Source: a virus. Taken from it: DNA of 64,000 nucleotides. Below are positions 46,097-55,054 of this stretch, piece by piece; the stretch's first letter is position 1; each line of letters starts with the position of its first letter. The position numbers were made by a program, and so were the translations under genes. Below the pieces are notes generated by a model. The model saw only the letters and a list, made by a program, of their open reading frames with translations, had not been told where the DNA came from and did not search any database. Location: IMG/VR virus record IMGVR_UViG_3300005529_000004, positions 25,260 through 89,259 of that record. One strand, 5' to 3'.

Positions 46097-47062
46097 ATGC
46101 CCTACAACGCCGAAGGAATCTACACCCGCAACACCCAGGAGCAAACCTGCACGGGCTGCGGACGCACCGATTCGAACCACCGGCTGATCCGCCCCGCGAA
46201 CGGCGATCCCTACTACCTCACCCTTTGCCGCACCTGCGAGAGCGAGCGGAACGCCGCGCGCCGCGCCCGGCGGAACCGCTCGGGCGACAGGGTCCCCGGC
46301 ATCACCTCCCCGCGCCTCGGCGACCGCCGCAGGTTCGGGGTCGAGATCGAGTGCAACATCCCCGGCGGCTACGACGGGCACCGCGCCCGGATCGTCCGCG
46401 ACGCCCTCCCGAGCGGCTGGCGCATGAAGCACGACGGCAGCCTCGGGATGAACGGCATCGAGGTCGTCAGCCCGGCCCTCCAGGGCCAGGCCGGACTCGA
46501 CTCCCTCCGCACGGTCTACCAGCTCCTCCTCGACAACGAGGCTTCGGTTGACCGGCGCTGCGGCGGGCACGTCCACCACGAGGCTCGCGACCTGGGCGCC
46601 CAGGGCCTGATCCGGTTCGCTCGCAGCTACGCCGCGAACCAGGACCTGATCGACTGGCTGGTCAGCCCGAGCCGCAGGCGCAACGGCAGCACCTACTGCC
46701 ACCGGCTCACCGAGACCGAGCTTTCGGGCCTCCGGGTCTACGGCGATGGCATCAGCGGAATCCCGAGCCGCTACAAGACGGTCAACCTCCACTCCTTCGC
46801 CCGCTACGGCACGGTGGAGATCAGGCAGCACCAGGGCACGCTGAGCTTCCGCAAGATGGAGGCCTGGATCAAGCTGGGCCAGGGCCTCCTGGATGCGGTC
46901 GCCGGTCGCGGACAGGCCTTCAGCGGATTCACCAGCCTCCGCGAGTTCCTCAACACCACCGGCATCGATGAGGACGCCGGAGCCTTCCTCCTGGGCCGCG
47001 CGGTGCAGTTCAACGCACCGAGCGCGATCCTGGCGCAGGGCAACGTGGCGGTGGCGGCATGA
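46097..47062 (+). CDS. Putative amidoligase (COOH-NH2 ligase type 2)
   Basis: FGVEIE, WRMKHDGSL, IEVVSP, CGGHVH, RYKTVNL, GTVEIRQHQGT. Confidence 0.9.
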   Translation: MPYNAEGIYTRNTQEQTCTGCGRTDSNHRLIRPANGDPYYLTLCRTCESERNAARRARRNRSGDRVPGITSPRLGDRRRFGVEIECNIPGGYDGHRARIVRDALPSGWRMKHDGSLGMNGIEVVSPALQGQAGLDSLRTVYQLLLDNEASVDRRCGGHVHHEARDLGAQGLIRFARSYAANQDLIDWLVSPSRRRNGSTYCHRLTETELSGLRVYGDGISGIPSRYKTVNLHSFARYGTVEIRQHQGTLSFRKMEAWIKLGQGLLDAVAGRGQAFSGFTSLREFLNTTGIDEDAGAFLLGRAVQFNAPSAILAQGNVAVAA

Positions 47063-47325
47063 CCACCGAGCTGACAATCACCTTCCCCGATGGGACGAGC
47101 CTGGCGGCTCCCTCCGCCAGGCACCTCCTCCGGGCCTGGGCAGCGGGGCAGTGGCACGATGCCTCCGACGACCAGGGCTGGCGGGACGAGCTGGCGAAGC
47201 GGGCCTACATCTGGTCCGGCCGGATCGTCAACACCGAGGCGCCGCCGCTCCGATTCCTCTTCGAGCTTGAGGCATCGGGCCTCATCAAGATCATCGACAA
47301 GCCGACGAACGGAAGGAGCCACTGA
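47059..47325 (+). CDS. Small protein of the amidoligase operon
   Basis: Coupled between amidoligase and GATase; FLFELEASGLI. Confidence 0.65.
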   Translation: MTTELTITFPDGTSLAAPSARHLLRAWAAGQWHDASDDQGWRDELAKRAYIWSGRIVNTEAPPLRFLFELEASGLIKIIDKPTNGRSH

Positions 47326-48431
47326 TGTGCGGGCAAGCTGGAATCCACCGCCGCACCGATAAGGCGATCCCCAAGCTGGACAAGCTGAGCAACGAGCTAC
47401 TCCTGGCGATCGAGAGCCGGGGCCGCGACGCCACCGGGTTCCTGACCCTGATGGACAACGGCAAGGTGCAGCTCGCGAAGCAGACGGTCACCGCCAGCCG
47501 CTTCGTCGCGAAGCGCGGGAGGATGCACCGGAACGCCCGGACGGTTCTCCTGCACACCCGCTTCGCGACGGTCGGCGACAAAGGAGACCCGCGCAACGCC
47601 CACCCGGTTGCCTCCGGCAAGGTCGCGGCCGTCCACAACGGCACGATTCGCAACGCCGACGAGGTCTTCCAGACCTTCAACCTGCCACGAGTCGGCACGG
47701 TCGATTCCGAGGTCATCCCCGCGCTGATCGACCGCGAGGGATGGGATAACGTCGCCACCTGCCTGGAGCTGCTGCAGGGCGGCGCGGCCACGGCGATCGT
47801 CCACACCGACCACCCGAACGAGGTCATCCTCGCCCGGCTGCGGATGTACCCGATGGTCTACGGAGTCACCCGCGACGTCGTCATCTGGGCCTCGACCGCC
47901 GAGGCGATCGAGCGCGCCTGGTGGCGGACCTACGGTAAGCGCTTCTCCGGCAAGCTGGTGAGTCTGGCCGAGGGCAGCTACGTTCATATCAACGGGAAGG
48001 TCATCCCCGGCACGCTCAAGGTCGCCGAGCCGCCGAGGATCGTGACGACCTACCAGGCGTACCGGCCGTCCACGACCCACCCGCTTCGGCCGAGCTACCC
48101 GAAGATGAGCAAGAGTCAGCGCAAGCGCGCCCGGCGCAACGGCGCCCGCCCGATCCAGGGGCAGACCACGATCGAGCGGGTGGTCGATGAGGAGCTGGAG
48201 CGCAAGCGGTCCTGCTGGGAAGAGGCGCTCGCGGCCGAGTCTCCCTACTTCAACTACCCGCGCGAGACAGATGAGGAGTGGGACTACACGGACGAGGAGG
48301 CGATCACGAGCCTCATGCGCCAGGGTTGCTCCCGCGCCGTCGCCGAGTCGATCATCTACGACGAGGACGACGAGGACGACATCTGGTGCACCGCGTCTCC
48401 CGCGACGCGCGCCCTCTACGCGCTCGACTAG
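47325..48431 (+). CDS. Class II (Ntn) glutamine amidotransferase
   Basis: N-terminal MCG, RGRDATG, LLHTRFAT, NAHP, VHNGTI, VDSE. Confidence 0.92.
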   Translation: MCGQAGIHRRTDKAIPKLDKLSNELLLAIESRGRDATGFLTLMDNGKVQLAKQTVTASRFVAKRGRMHRNARTVLLHTRFATVGDKGDPRNAHPVASGKVAAVHNGTIRNADEVFQTFNLPRVGTVDSEVIPALIDREGWDNVATCLELLQGGAATAIVHTDHPNEVILARLRMYPMVYGVTRDVVIWASTAEAIERAWWRTYGKRFSGKLVSLAEGSYVHINGKVIPGTLKVAEPPRIVTTYQAYRPSTTHPLRPSYPKMSKSQRKRARRNGARPIQGQTTIERVVDEELERKRSCWEEALAAESPYFNYPRETDEEWDYTDEEAITSLMRQGCSRAVAESIIYDEDDEDDIWCTASPATRALYALD

Positions 48432-48435
48432 GCCG

Positions 48436-48520
48436 GTTCAAGAACTACCCGTTCGAGGGATGCCGAACGGCGTCCCTCGGGCGATAATAGTGGCATGGAG
48501 ACCACCACCTACCAGGAGGC
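48436..48520 (+). promoter_or_regulatory. Conserved palindrome+promoter cassette, copy 4
   Basis: GTTCAAGAACTACCCGTTCGAGGGATGC, then GATAAT, then ATGGAGACCACCACC...AGGAGG. Confidence 0.85.
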
Positions 48521-48524
48521 AACA

Positions 48525-49838
48525 ATGCCGAGCAACACGCAAACCGGGCGCGGACCCACCGGGCGCCTTCGCAACTTCCGCGCGATGAGCGCGGGCAAGC
48601 TTCAGGCCACCTACCTCGCGGTCGCGGCCGAGGGCAACGACCCCGAGGCCCTCGACGCACTGACCGCCGAGCTGGACTCGCGCGGGATGGGCGCAAGCGC
48701 CGAGGCCGAGGCAGCCGCCAACTGGCGCGAGACGATCGCGCAGCCGCACATGGGCCAGATCGTTGACGCCCACCTCGCCGAGAACGACTGGAGCGCGGTG
48801 GACGCCGAGATCGCGGCCGAGGACGCCGAGGTGCAGGAGCTGGCCGAAGCGATCGAGGCGCAGGGCGGGATCACCGACCCGGCGCCCGAGACGGACACCC
48901 GGACGCGCACGCAGCTTCGCGGGTTCGAAGACGCGAGCAAGCTGGCGATGAACAGCAAGAGCGCCAACACGGTCGAGGAAGCCTGCCAGGGACGCCCGGC
49001 GATCCTGGAGCCGAAGTTCGACGGGATCAGGCTCCTGGCCAACCGCAGCGAGAACGGCGTCCGGCTCTGGACGCGCAGCGGCAAGAGCGCCACGGGCAAG
49101 CTGCCGAGGATCGAGCAGCTCCTCGCCGACCACCTACCGGTCGGCACCTGGCTCGACTGCGAAGCGGTCGCCTTCAACCCGAACGGCACGCAGGACTGGG
49201 GCGGCGCGCAGAGCGTCCTCGGCTCCGACGCCAGCCGGGTTATGGACCGGGGCCGGATCAAGCTGGTGGTCTTCGACTGCCTCGCCTGGGCGGGCGGCGA
49301 CATTCGCAACCAGCCCTTCAGCCTCCGGCGCACGACGATCGACCGGGTCTTCGAAGGCGACGCGAACCAGGCTCGCTGGGAAGGCCGGATCATCGCCAGC
49401 CCGAAGATGGACGCCACCGACGAGATGCACCAGATCAACCTCGACTTCGGATTCGAGGGCAGCATGGTCAAGCTGCTGGACGGCACCTACCAGTCCGGCA
49501 AGCGCTCGAACGTCTCGATGAAGCTGAAGGCCACCGACACGGTGGACGCGATCATCACCGGATTCTCCCCTTCGGAGCCTGGTAGCTGGATCGACCAGGC
49601 CGGGCTGATCGGCGCCATCGAGTTCACGCACTACCAGGACGGCCAGCCGATCGAGGGCAAGTGCAGCGGGATGACGGTTGCCGAGCGCGAGCGGGTCACC
49701 GCCGAGGCCGAGGCCCTGATCGGAACGGTCATCGAGGTCAGCTACATGACCCGGATGCCCGGCTCCGGCAAGCTGCGCCACCCGCAGTTCAAGCGGCTCC
49801 GCACCGACAAGACCGCCGACGAGGTGAGGAACGGCTGA
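48525..49838 (+). CDS. ATP-dependent DNA ligase with N-terminal extension
   Basis: LEPKFDGIR, WTRSGK, LDCE, VFDCL, EGSMVK, KLK, LRHPQFKRLRTDK. Confidence 0.9.
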   Translation: MPSNTQTGRGPTGRLRNFRAMSAGKLQATYLAVAAEGNDPEALDALTAELDSRGMGASAEAEAAANWRETIAQPHMGQIVDAHLAENDWSAVDAEIAAEDAEVQELAEAIEAQGGITDPAPETDTRTRTQLRGFEDASKLAMNSKSANTVEEACQGRPAILEPKFDGIRLLANRSENGVRLWTRSGKSATGKLPRIEQLLADHLPVGTWLDCEAVAFNPNGTQDWGGAQSVLGSDASRVMDRGRIKLVVFDCLAWAGGDIRNQPFSLRRTTIDRVFEGDANQARWEGRIIASPKMDATDEMHQINLDFGFEGSMVKLLDGTYQSGKRSNVSMKLKATDTVDAIITGFSPSEPGSWIDQAGLIGAIEFTHYQDGQPIEGKCSGMTVAERERVTAEAEALIGTVIEVSYMTRMPGSGKLRHPQFKRLRTDKTADEVRNG

Positions 49839-49859
49839 TCCCCGAACGAGGGATCAGCC
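49833..49859 (+). other. 10-bp hairpin carrying an operator half-site
   Basis: GGCTGATCCC-cgaacga-GGGATCAGCC; contains CGAGGGAT. Confidence 0.45.
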
Positions 49860-49889
49860 TCCAAGCGATCGACGCCGATTCACGAAGCC

Positions 49890-50360
49890 ATGACCAACAC
49901 CGACATCTACCAGGACCTGAAAGCCGAGATCGAGCGCCTGCGCGAGCTGGCCTACACCGACCGGCTTACCGGCATCGCCAACCGCGCCGCCTTCGAAGAG
50001 AAGCTCGCCGAGGTCGTCGCCGATCGGCGCACCTACACGCTGATCTACATCGACCTGGACGGGTTCAAGGCGGTCAACGATGGCCACGGGCATGAGGCCG
50101 GAGACGCGGTCCTGCAGAACGTCGCGGAGGTGCTTCGGGACAGCCTGCGCGAGGGCGACTTCCTCGCCCGGCTCGGCGGCGACGAGTTCGCGATCCTGAC
50201 TCGCGCGAAGGATGCGCCGGGTCTGGCCGAGCGGCTCGCCACGCCGGGGCTGCCCGAGGTCGGGCTGAGCGTCGGAGTCGCACGCGGGCGCGGGCGCAAG
50301 GTCCTGCGCGAGGCCGACCACCGGATGTACGAGCAGAAGGCAGCGCGCGTCGCCTGCTAA
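49890..50360 (+). CDS. Stand-alone GGDEF diguanylate cyclase
   Basis: TDRLTGIANR, IDLDGFKAVNDGHGHEAGD, I-site REGD, RLGGDEF, ADHRMYEQK. Confidence 0.92.
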   Translation: MTNTDIYQDLKAEIERLRELAYTDRLTGIANRAAFEEKLAEVVADRRTYTLIYIDLDGFKAVNDGHGHEAGDAVLQNVAEVLRDSLREGDFLARLGGDEFAILTRAKDAPGLAERLATPGLPEVGLSVGVARGRGRKVLREADHRMYEQKAARVAC

Positions 50361-50481
50361 ACTCGCGCCAGCAGGCTGGCGCTCAAGATGACGGAGCCGC
50401 ACGGAGGAGGCGGCTTCCGTCGTTCTGGACGCAGTTTGTCCGAAGTGCGACGTCGGCCGTGCCGGGTAGACTGGTCACGAC

Positions 50482-50718
50482 GTGTCGATCCACACCCGAA
50501 TCGCACAGCTCGACGGCAACGGCACCGGCGGCATCGAGGCTCCGACCGCCTGGTACTGCGGCTGCATCGACGCCGGGTCCGCCATCGCGCTGACGAACCA
50601 GAGCTTCGGGCTGTCGCGCGGGCCGCAGAAGCGCTCCGACGCCGTCCCGGTCGCCGGGTCGATCCACATCACCGGCGGTGCGCCGAACCAGGCCGTCCCG
50701 GTCTTCTTCGACTTCTAG
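50482..50718 (+). CDS. Small putative virion protein
   Basis: GTG after TAGACT; start of the neck operon. Confidence 0.55.
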   Translation: MSIHTRIAQLDGNGTGGIEAPTAWYCGCIDAGSAIALTNQSFGLSRGPQKRSDAVPVAGSIHITGGAPNQAVPVFFDF

Positions 50719-51200
50719 TGCCTTACCTCACTGTCACCGGCGAGTCCTCCTGGACCTGCCGGGGCAAGCGGTACAACCCCGGCACACACAAGGTACCGAA
50801 GGCCGTCGCACAGGCAGCGATGGACGCGGGCATCCCGCGCCTGATCGTCACGGGCCGCTCGCCGTCGATCCGCAAGCCGCGCAACACGGGACCGCTCCAG
50901 CGCGACGAGGTGTTCACGACCGGGACGCCGAGCGGCGTCCAGATCGGGCCGGAGCCGCGCGAGCCTGTCGTGCCCGAGCCGGTCATCAAGACGGCCGAGG
51001 ACCTGTACGACGTCCCGCTCGACCACGAATGCCCGTGGTGCCCGGATCAGGCCTTCCCGAGCGCCGGGGCGCTGGGGCGCCACAAGGAAGCGCACCATGC
51101 CGGGATGATGGACCGGCCGCATGAAGCGCTCGCAGAGCCACACGGCCCGGACAGTGGCGCCGGACCGCTCCCCTGGCGGGACGCCGCAGTAGACTCCTAG
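50718..51200 (+). CDS. Protein with C2H2 zinc finger
   Basis: HECPWCPDQAFPSAGALGRHKEAHH. Confidence 0.6.
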   Translation: MPYLTVTGESSWTCRGKRYNPGTHKVPKAVAQAAMDAGIPRLIVTGRSPSIRKPRNTGPLQRDEVFTTGTPSGVQIGPEPREPVVPEPVIKTAEDLYDVPLDHECPWCPDQAFPSAGALGRHKEAHHAGMMDRPHEALAEPHGPDSGAGPLPWRDAAVDS

Positions 51201-51202
51201 AC

Positions 51203-51862
51203 ATGGCCGAGCAGCCTCTCCATCTGGCGTCCGTGGACGACGTGAAGCGCATCCTCCGCATCGAGGCGAGCACCGACCTGACGATCGAGGCGCGTCTGCG
51301 GGCTGCGCTCGAAGCTGTCGAGTCGATGATGATGCAGCGGCTGTGGAACATGACCGGCTCCGGCGCCCAGCTCGAAGTCTTCTGGGACGTCCCCGAGGAC
51401 GCCACGCTGCGGATGCCTGCGCCGGACGTCACAGTCACGGCGGTCAAGGCGTTCGAGTACCCGTCGAGCGCTGGCGTGCCGCTGTCGCCGATCGAGCTGG
51501 GCCTCGGGCACGGCTACGACCTGACCGACAACGGCGACCTGATCCTGCGGCCGACGCTGTTCGTCTCCCCGTTCGAAGGCGCGAGCGCCCAGCGGCGCCT
51601 GCGGCAGTATGCGCGCGTCGAAGTTCACTACATGGGCACCGGCGTCGTGCCCGAGGCTGTGCAGGAAGGTATCGCCTTCCTCGCTGCGGGCTGGTACCAG
51701 GACGGGCCTCGCGCGCTCTCCGGCCTCACGGACGAGAAGATCGGCGACTACTCGTACACGATCAACCCGACTCCCGACGAGGACGGCATGCCAAGCTTCT
51801 ACGCTCGCGGGATGATGATGCTGGCGCCGTTCCTGCGCCGGTCGAGGGTGGCGGTCATCTGA
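51203..51862 (+). CDS. Head-to-tail adaptor
   Basis: LASVDDVKRIL; VEVHYMG...VPEAVQEG; EKIGDYSYT; L.PF. Confidence 0.8.
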   Translation: MAEQPLHLASVDDVKRILRIEASTDLTIEARLRAALEAVESMMMQRLWNMTGSGAQLEVFWDVPEDATLRMPAPDVTVTAVKAFEYPSSAGVPLSPIELGLGHGYDLTDNGDLILRPTLFVSPFEGASAQRRLRQYARVEVHYMGTGVVPEAVQEGIAFLAAGWYQDGPRALSGLTDEKIGDYSYTINPTPDEDGMPSFYARGMMMLAPFLRRSRVAVI

Positions 51863-52191
51863 TGGCGGACATCCCGATCCTCCAGGTGACCACGGACGGC
51901 GGGCAGCCGCTGGCCTTCATTACTGGCGACGGCACGAACTGGACCGTCGAAGCGAACGACGGCAACCTCACGATCGAGCTGTCCAACCCGACTGGCGGGT
52001 CGCTCAACGCGACGTTCATCCCGCAGTCCACCGGCCCGGCTGGTCTGACGTTCGCCAACAAGGTCATCGCGGTCCCGGCAGGTGAGACGATCATCTGCGG
52101 GCCGTGGCCTCCGGTGGTCTACAACGACGACCAGGACCGGATCGTCGTCACGCTCGATGCTGGGCTGCAGGCACGCGGGAGCAGGATTTGA
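51862..52191 (+). CDS. Putative virion protein, paralog of 23212
   Basis: GDGTNWTVEANDG...VPAGETIICGPWPPVVYNDD. Confidence 0.6.
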   Translation: MADIPILQVTTDGGQPLAFITGDGTNWTVEANDGNLTIELSNPTGGSLNATFIPQSTGPAGLTFANKVIAVPAGETIICGPWPPVVYNDDQDRIVVTLDAGLQARGSRI

Positions 52192-52596
52192 GTGTTCACC
52201 GGACTGCTCTGCCACACCGCTGAGGTCTATCGGCGCCAGACCGACCCGGCAACGGGCCAGCGCTTGAAGGACCGCTTCGGCCAGCAGCTCTCGACCAACC
52301 CGCAGCAGCACACGGTCGGTGGCGAGACGCTCGTCTCCACCTTCCCGTGCCGCCTGACCCGCGAGAGTGGCGGGCTGCAGATGATGGAGCGGTCGGTGGA
52401 CGTCTACGTCGGGCGCCTGAAGCTCTACTGCGACCTGGACGCCGACATCAAGGAGGACGACGCCGTGCGCGTGCTCGATTCGGACGGCACCGAGCTGCTG
52501 CCGCTGTCGAAGATCCTCGTGAAGACCACGGCTTCCGGCTTCGGCGGTGGCCACCACCTGGAGTGCAGCATCTACGTCCAGCGGGGTCCGTCCTAA
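52192..52596 (+). CDS. Head-to-tail stopper
   Basis: DRFGQ, FPCRL, DIKEDD, HHLEC; position. Confidence 0.75.
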   Translation: MFTGLLCHTAEVYRRQTDPATGQRLKDRFGQQLSTNPQQHTVGGETLVSTFPCRLTRESGGLQMMERSVDVYVGRLKLYCDLDADIKEDDAVRVLDSDGTELLPLSKILVKTTASGFGGGHHLECSIYVQRGPS

Positions 52597-53021
52597 TGCC
52601 GATGGCACGCAACTGGCACGGCATCACGCTGGAGCAGAAGATCAACCGCGCCGCCGGACGCGCGATCGTCGGCATCGGGCTGGCGGTCGCGGTCGAGACC
52701 AAGAACGTGACGCACGTGGTCTCGGGCACACTGAAGCGCTCCGTCCACTGCGCCGGGATCGAGTACAACGGCGACGATGACGAGATGATCGCGGGCGGCA
52801 CGAAGGGCGAGGAAGGCGGCGGGCAGGACATGCTCCTCTTCGACGTGCAGCCGACGCCGACGTGGATGGGACCCGTCGTACAGGTCGGCTCCTGGCTGCC
52901 CTACGCCTGCGTCGAGTGGATCGGGCGCGCGCATCCGGGCATCACGCAGGGCATGGAGATCGTGCGCGGGGCGCGCGCCGACCGGATCGTCCTGCAGGCA
53001 TTCCGAGAGGAGGGACTGTGA
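52596..53021 (+). CDS. HK97 gp10-like neck protein
   Basis: THVVSGTLKRSV, VGSWLPYACVE. Confidence 0.7.
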   Translation: MPMARNWHGITLEQKINRAAGRAIVGIGLAVAVETKNVTHVVSGTLKRSVHCAGIEYNGDDDEMIAGGTKGEEGGGQDMLLFDVQPTPTWMGPVVQVGSWLPYACVEWIGRAHPGITQGMEIVRGARADRIVLQAFREEGL

Positions 53022-53446
53022 GCGGCACGCTCGATGAGGTCTCCCCGGCGGAGCTGACGGCAGACGTCCTGAAGCGCCTCTCCCTGACTGGCCTCGACTG
53101 GGACGTGGTCGTCGGTCCGGCGAACAACGAGCAGCAGCAGGCTGGCGTCGTCTCGATCATGGCGGCGGGCCTCCCGGTCATGGAGCGGTACACGCCGACG
53201 CAGTGGATGCGCGCGCAGTGCCGCTGCCTGCACGGATCGCTGGCCGAAGCCGAGAAGATCGGCCAGGCCGTTTACCGCGACCTGAACGCTCGCGGCCGGG
53301 TCGTCGGGCGCATGGCCTCGACGGACCAGCGCTACCTGATCCACCTCATCAACGTCCAGGCGGGTCCCTCGATGCACTTCGACTCGATCGAGACCTGGGA
53401 GGTCCTGGTCTTCGCCGAGCTGTACATCGGCACCGACCCGCTCTAG
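53018..53446 (+). CDS. Tail terminator
   Basis: Size and position directly before the major tail gene. Confidence 0.65.
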   Translation: MSGTLDEVSPAELTADVLKRLSLTGLDWDVVVGPANNEQQQAGVVSIMAAGLPVMERYTPTQWMRAQCRCLHGSLAEAEKIGQAVYRDLNARGRVVGRMASTDQRYLIHLINVQAGPSMHFDSIETWEVLVFAELYIGTDPL

Positions 53447-53491
53447 GCGGGTTGTTCCCGCTCGTGTTGCCTGGGTAGACTTCCTCTCGGA

Positions 53492-54067
53492 ATGGCGAAC
53501 ACCCAGCCTTACGAGATCGTCGCTGGACCCTGCGACGTCTACTTCGCCCCGACCGGCACGCCTTTCCCGGCTGTCGGCACGCCGGGCACGAACGTTCCGA
53601 GCTGGACGCGCATCGGCTACACCGAGGGCGGCGTCAAGGTGGCGTCCCCGCAGACGGTGGTCGAGCTGCGCGCCGATCAGGTGACCGGGCCGATCAAGGC
53701 CGTGCGCTCCGAGGAGTCGCTGGAGATCACCTTCGACATCGCCTCGCTCACGCTGGAGAACTACGCGATGGCGCTGAACCGGGCCATCGCCGGTCCGACC
53801 GGCGGCGCGGGCGACAAGAGCGTGCCGCTCTATCGCGGCGGCTTCCAGGTCGAGACCTTCGCCTTCTTCGCCAAGAACGACCACCTCTCGCCCTACGGCG
53901 ACAAGGTCCTCCAGTTCGAGGTTCCGGTCTGCTTCCAGGCCGACAACCCGGAGGCCACGTTCACGAAGGACAACAAGGCGGTCCTGGCAGTCTCGCTGCA
54001 CGCCCTGGTCGATCCGAACCGCTCCACGGACGACGAGTCCTTCGGCCGGGTCCGCGCGGCGACCTAG
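53492..54067 (+). CDS. Major tail (tube) protein
   Basis: IVAGPCDVYFAP, WTRIGYTEGGV, DQ, TLENYAMAL. Confidence 0.88.
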   Translation: MANTQPYEIVAGPCDVYFAPTGTPFPAVGTPGTNVPSWTRIGYTEGGVKVASPQTVVELRADQVTGPIKAVRSEESLEITFDIASLTLENYAMALNRAIAGPTGGAGDKSVPLYRGGFQVETFAFFAKNDHLSPYGDKVLQFEVPVCFQADNPEATFTKDNKAVLAVSLHALVDPNRSTDDESFGRVRAAT

Positions 54068-54109
54068 ACCAACGCGCGGCGCAGCCGCGAGAAAGGTGGG
54101 CACAGCCTC

Positions 54110-54304
54110 ATGGCACAGCCCGGAACGATCGAGGTACCAGTCACGGTGTTCATCGACTTCGGACCCGCGAGGCTCGCAGTGAAGCGGGCGCGGGAACACC
54201 TCGATGTCGCCAACAGGGAGCTGGCCGCTCTGGAAGAGCAGGTCGAGAAGCTCCAGAACGCGGCGCTCACGGAGCGCGGCATCACAGTGGAGGTGGGAGG
54301 ATGA
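54110..54304 (+). CDS. Small coiled-coil protein
   Basis: Between the tail tube and chaperone genes. Confidence 0.5.
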   Translation: MAQPGTIEVPVTVFIDFGPARLAVKRAREHLDVANRELAALEEQVEKLQNAALTERGITVEVGG

Positions 54305-54726
54305 CGGACCGCATCGCGGTCGAGCTGTCCACGGGCATCGCTCCGGCGAAGCTCATCTCGGTGGACGGCGAGGAGTACAAGCTGTTCGGGCTGGAGCATC
54401 TCAGCCAGGAGCAGGAGGACACGGTGATGGCGCTGTTCTCGCGGCACTCGCTCATCGCCGAGGAGCTGGAGAAGACGGCTCGCGTCGAGAAGGGCAAGGC
54501 CCTGGCCGGGCGCATGCGCGAGTGCCAGAACCGGATCATCGGCATCATGACGACGATCCCGCCGGACGTCGCGGACCGGCTCCCGCAGCATCAGAAGGCC
54601 AAGCTGTTCGAGGCGGTCCAGTACGAGATCGAGGACCCGGAGACGGCGTCGGCAGCGGGCAAGGCAGCATTCGGGACTCCTGGGGAGGAGAAGGGCACTT
54701 CCGCTGGAGACCCCTTCGAAGACTGA
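54301..54726 (+). CDS. Tail assembly chaperone (G-like)
   Basis: Position between MTP and TMP; ISVDGEEYKL. Confidence 0.75.
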   Translation: MTDRIAVELSTGIAPAKLISVDGEEYKLFGLEHLSQEQEDTVMALFSRHSLIAEELEKTARVEKGKALAGRMRECQNRIIGIMTTIPPDVADRLPQHQKAKLFEAVQYEIEDPETASAAGKAAFGTPGEEKGTSAGDPFED

Positions 54727-55054
54727 GCGCGACTACACGAAGATCGCGCACTGGCCGAGGCTGACTCGCTTCTACGGAGTCAGCCCGGTCGAGCTTCAGA
54801 CGTGGCCTGCCCACATCGTGGAGTTCTACTTTCGGGCGATCCCTGGTCTGGAGGCTCACGAGCTGGAGCAGTTCTGCACGGCAGCGGACCACCCGTACAT
54901 GAGCGACCGCCAGCGCGAGCGCCTGCACCGCTCGCTCGACCGCCGCAAGCAGCGCGAGCAGCCGGTCGTGCCGGTGCAGGTCACTAGCGACGAGGGCGCC
55001 GCGATCGTCGGCAGTCTCGGCATCGGCGTCCGCATCGAGAAGCTGGAGAAGTAG
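54712..55054 (+). CDS. Tail assembly chaperone extension (T-like, probably reached by frameshift)
   Basis: Open +1 frame ...HWPRLTRFYGVSPVELQTWPAHIVEFYFRAIPGLEA without a convincing start. Confidence 0.65.
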
